From a virus, in the IMG/VR virus record IMGVR_UViG_3300047160_007109, positions 12,925-76,924 of that record: DNA of 64,000 nt, one strand, 5' to 3'. Position 1 is the stretch's first letter; each line of letters opens with the position of its first letter. The notes under the pieces are model-generated. The model worked only from the letters and a program-made list of their open reading frames with translations. It was not told the DNA's origin and made no database searches. Made by a program: the position numbers and the translations under genes. Below, piece after piece: positions 61,724 to 64,000 of this stretch.

Positions 61724-62452
61724 CTAGTAGCCCGTTCCCACGCGGTGCTGTCCCAGATGCGTTACCCAGGGCGTCCCGTCGCCCCAGTAGCCCGAGACGA
61801 CGTCTGGGTGCGTCTCCCGGTAGCGGTGCCAGAACAGGCCCTCCGAGTTCGGCTCGGTCGGCCAGCCCGACGCGCAGAGCCGCCGCCGGTAGATCGACGG
61901 GTTCGTCGTGAAAAACAGGCGGTGCTCCAGCCAGGAGACCTCACGCGAGCGGCCCTCGGCCTCGGTCGGGATCAGGTTGATCGTCCGCCGGACGTACTCG
62001 TCGGGATGCCGCTGGACGACGCCTCCAGCCGCCTGCTCCTCCGGCGACCATGCCTGGCGGACGAGCGCCATCTGGACGAGGTTCGGCCGGTACTCCATGA
62101 CCGCTTGCAACTCGACGACGTCGACCGGCCGGTCGAACCCGAAGTCGTCCTCCAGGTGGAACACGTAGCGAGGCGGGGCGTCAGGAGCCCAGATGTTCGC
62201 GAGGTAGTCCCAGGCGCGGCGGATCGTGCCGCCGAACCCGAGCCTGCGCGCGTTGGGGAGAACCGTCCACCGTTCGCCGTACTCGACGTTGAGGAACTCC
62301 CGGTAGAGCGGATCGGCGGAGTCGTCGAAGATGAGCCGCCAGTGGCGGCCCGGGCCGAGGTCGACGAACTGCTCGAACGAGTCGAGCGTCTCGGCGATGC
62401 ACTCGTAGCGGCCGTCGGTGAAACAGACCACCGCGACGCCCGGGGCGGTCAT
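61724..62452 (-). CDS. Glycosyltransferase (GT-A fold)
   Basis: LIFDDS, LGFGG, YVFHLEDDF, FTTNPSIYR, VTHLG. Confidence 0.8.
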   Translation of the reverse strand: MTAPGVAVVCFTDGRYECIAETLDSFEQFVDLGPGRHWRLIFDDSADPLYREFLNVEYGERWTVLPNARRLGFGGTIRRAWDYLANIWAPDAPPRYVFHLEDDFGFDRPVDVVELQAVMEYRPNLVQMALVRQAWSPEEQAAGGVVQRHPDEYVRRTINLIPTEAEGRSREVSWLEHRLFFTTNPSIYRRRLCASGWPTEPNSEGLFWHRYRETHPDVVSGYWGDGTPWVTHLGQHRVGTGY

Positions 62453-62751
62453 GAGACGACGATTTCGGCGTGGCGGCGACCCGGGAGCGGGACGACGCCT
62501 CCGGGTGTTTGGACTTCGACGAGGGCGGCGAGGTCAGCGACCGCGTAGGAGACCGTCTCGCCGTCCCAGGGTGCCGCCTCCGGCTGCGAACGGATCGTGA
62601 GGCCGTTCGTGTCCCAATGGATGCCGACGCAGCGTCTCCAGCCGCTCAGGCTGCCGGAGGGCGGGTCCTCGAATCGGAACACGTCGGACGGGACGAGGTC
62701 AGCGACGCGGATCCAGGCGAGGCGTACCTCGCGGCGGAGATGCTCGGTCAT
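62449..62751 (-). CDS. Hypothetical protein
   Basis: ATG behind CCCGAGGAGG. Confidence 0.65.
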   Translation of the reverse strand: MTEHLRREVRLAWIRVADLVPSDVFRFEDPPSGSLSGWRRCVGIHWDTNGLTIRSQPEAAPWDGETVSYAVADLAALVEVQTPGGVVPLPGRRHAEIVVS

Positions 62752-63110
62752 GAGTTCCTCCTCGGGCGGATGAGCGCCGTTCCGGCGACGATCTCAGGCG
62801 GGAGGAGATGCGCGTCGACCTCGACCCGTTCCGACGCCGGGAGCGGCTCGCCGGTCTCGTCGACGTAGACGATCTCGACCGGGCCGAGGATCTCCAGCGT
62901 CAGCTTCGGCGACGTGATCGGCATCGGGACCGGTTCGCCGTCGGGTCCTTCGCCGAGCTTCACGGCTTCGACCGTGGCGCGCAGAATCGACCGGACCCGG
63001 ACGCCGTCGATCTCGACCCACCAGAGGCCGAACCCGGCGTTGACCTCATCGACGGACCGGGCTGGACGGTCGAACGCCCATCCGGTCTGCGCGATGCGGA
63101 TGCGGCTCAC
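62748..63110 (-). CDS. Hypothetical protein
   Basis: GTGA overlap start (VSRIRIAQ). Confidence 0.6.
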   Translation of the reverse strand: MSRIRIAQTGWAFDRPARSVDEVNAGFGLWWVEIDGVRVRSILRATVEAVKLGEGPDGEPVPMPITSPKLTLEILGPVEIVYVDETGEPLPASERVEVDAHLLPPEIVAGTALIRPRRNS

Positions 63111-63844
63111 CGTTCGAGCCCGGCGTAGTCGGTGTGGTCGTACGCCGTCAGGTACGGCGAGACGCCACGTTCGCGGGCGGCGACTTCGCCACGGCGAATC
63201 ACTTGGTACCAATGGTTCGACAGGCCGGGCGACTGGCGGTTGCGGGAATGGGCGGTGACCGTCGCGTCGTACTCCGCGCCGGGCGCGTGGACGAACTCGA
63301 TCCCGGCGCGTTCCAGACGGAGGAACACGTCCCAGTCCTCGTAGATGGGGAGTTCGGGGCGGAAACCGCCGATGCGGAGGAACGGGCCGATCGGCGTCGC
63401 GGAACCGACGACGAAACAGTTGATGTCGAGGAGCGGGCGGCCGTCGCACAGGTCGCGAGGCGGCCCGACGATGCCGTCCTCGACGTACCGGACCTTCGGG
63501 TAGAACACACGGTCGGGTTGCGGCGCGTCCGGGTGCGGAGCCGACGCGATGAACATCAGGTCGGCGTCGCGGTAGGCGTCTTCCATCGCCCGGACGTAGC
63601 CCGGGGCGAGCAGGTCGTCGCCGTCGCAGTAGACGAGATGCGTCGTGTCGGGGTAGTGCTCGGAGACGTGGACCGCCGCGCCATTCCGGGCTCCGGCGAG
63701 CGTCCCCTCCGAATGCCAGCGGACGTAGTGCGCGGCGGAGCCCTGCTCGCGCATCAGGCGTTCCATGACCTTGTTGCCACGGTCGAGCCAGTCCTGGCCG
63801 ACCTGTTCGATCCCGTACGTGCAGACGCAGACGGCGACCTTCAT
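63107..63844 (-). CDS. Glycosyltransferase family 2
   Basis: VAVCVCTYG, LAGARN, VYCDGDDLL, IGGFRPELPIYEDWDVFLR; start MKVAV behind GGAGG. Confidence 0.88.
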   Translation of the reverse strand: MKVAVCVCTYGIEQVGQDWLDRGNKVMERLMREQGSAAHYVRWHSEGTLAGARNGAAVHVSEHYPDTTHLVYCDGDDLLAPGYVRAMEDAYRDADLMFIASAPHPDAPQPDRVFYPKVRYVEDGIVGPPRDLCDGRPLLDINCFVVGSATPIGPFLRIGGFRPELPIYEDWDVFLRLERAGIEFVHAPGAEYDATVTAHSRNRQSPGLSNHWYQVIRRGEVAARERGVSPYLTAYDHTDYAGLER

Positions 63845-64000
63845 CGTTTCCTCCATCGACGGGGCGGTCGAGACTTGCGGGGAGGCGGACACGGAATCCG
63901 GTTCCCGGCCGCATCCTCGCACCATGTCTCCGCCGGAGCCCGGGTGACGACCTCGTCGGCGGGAAGGTTCGTGCGTTGCGTCGGGTCGGTGAGCGCGGCT

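Larger units (their letters stand above)
1..64000 (-). mobile_element. Tailed actinobacterial phage/prophage segment (siphovirus-like)
   Basis: Colinear head-tail-lysis-recombination-replication gene order, dense minus-strand genes with ATGA/GTGA overlaps, GC3-rich codons. Confidence 0.95.

Noticed and set aside
1-64000. tRNA, integrase, repressor-integration cassette, diversity-generating retroelement or reverse transcriptase
   Set aside because: No cloverleaf/T-loop pattern, recombinase or RT motif recognised by eye; tRNAscan-SE and HMM searches would be needed to exclude them formally
63845-64000. Upstream extension of the last GT to 63925 or a further partial gene
   Set aside because: Best RBS (GGAGG) supports the start at 63844; remaining sequence is too short to call

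Overview
The whole window is one high-GC tailed (siphovirus-like) actinobacterial phage or prophage segment, with nearly all genes on the minus strand. In transcription order (64 kb to 1) it carries: a glycosyltransferase/methyltransferase cluster with an inserted HNH gene; a cassette of small early-type genes; a fourth glycosyltransferase; head genes (GNAT-fold and zincin 'cargo' proteins, a protease polyprotein, a DUF6582 scaffold-like protein, the major capsid protein); tail genes (major tail protein, four tandem paralogs, a ~29-repeat fibre, adaptor/terminator, a -1 frameshifted tail assembly chaperone, tape measure, a 2239-aa tail tip with three glycoside hydrolase domains); lysis genes; then early, recombination and replication genes (DUF932, Gam-like, RecT-like, UvrD-like helicase, HTH replication initiator with iterons, DnaB-like helicase). 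No terminase, portal, integrase, tRNA or CRISPR was recognised. The two strongest signals are (1) a 21-aa tag, (L/A)ARL(A/G)YSPDQ(P/A)RDDHGRFGEG, shared by three consecutive head-module proteins, each followed by a different cargo domain (acetyltransferase, metallopeptidase, basic helical domain), suggesting a modular capsid-loading effector system; and (2) eight copies of a dyad-symmetric promoter (TAGAC[A/T]-N17-TAnnnT, overlapping CTAGAC-N15-GTCTAG) coupled to a conserved GT[A/C]GCCAA...CCCGAGGAGGG leader, with a near-leaderless wHTH gene as candidate regulator. All domain calls are from motif recognition by eye, not database searches.
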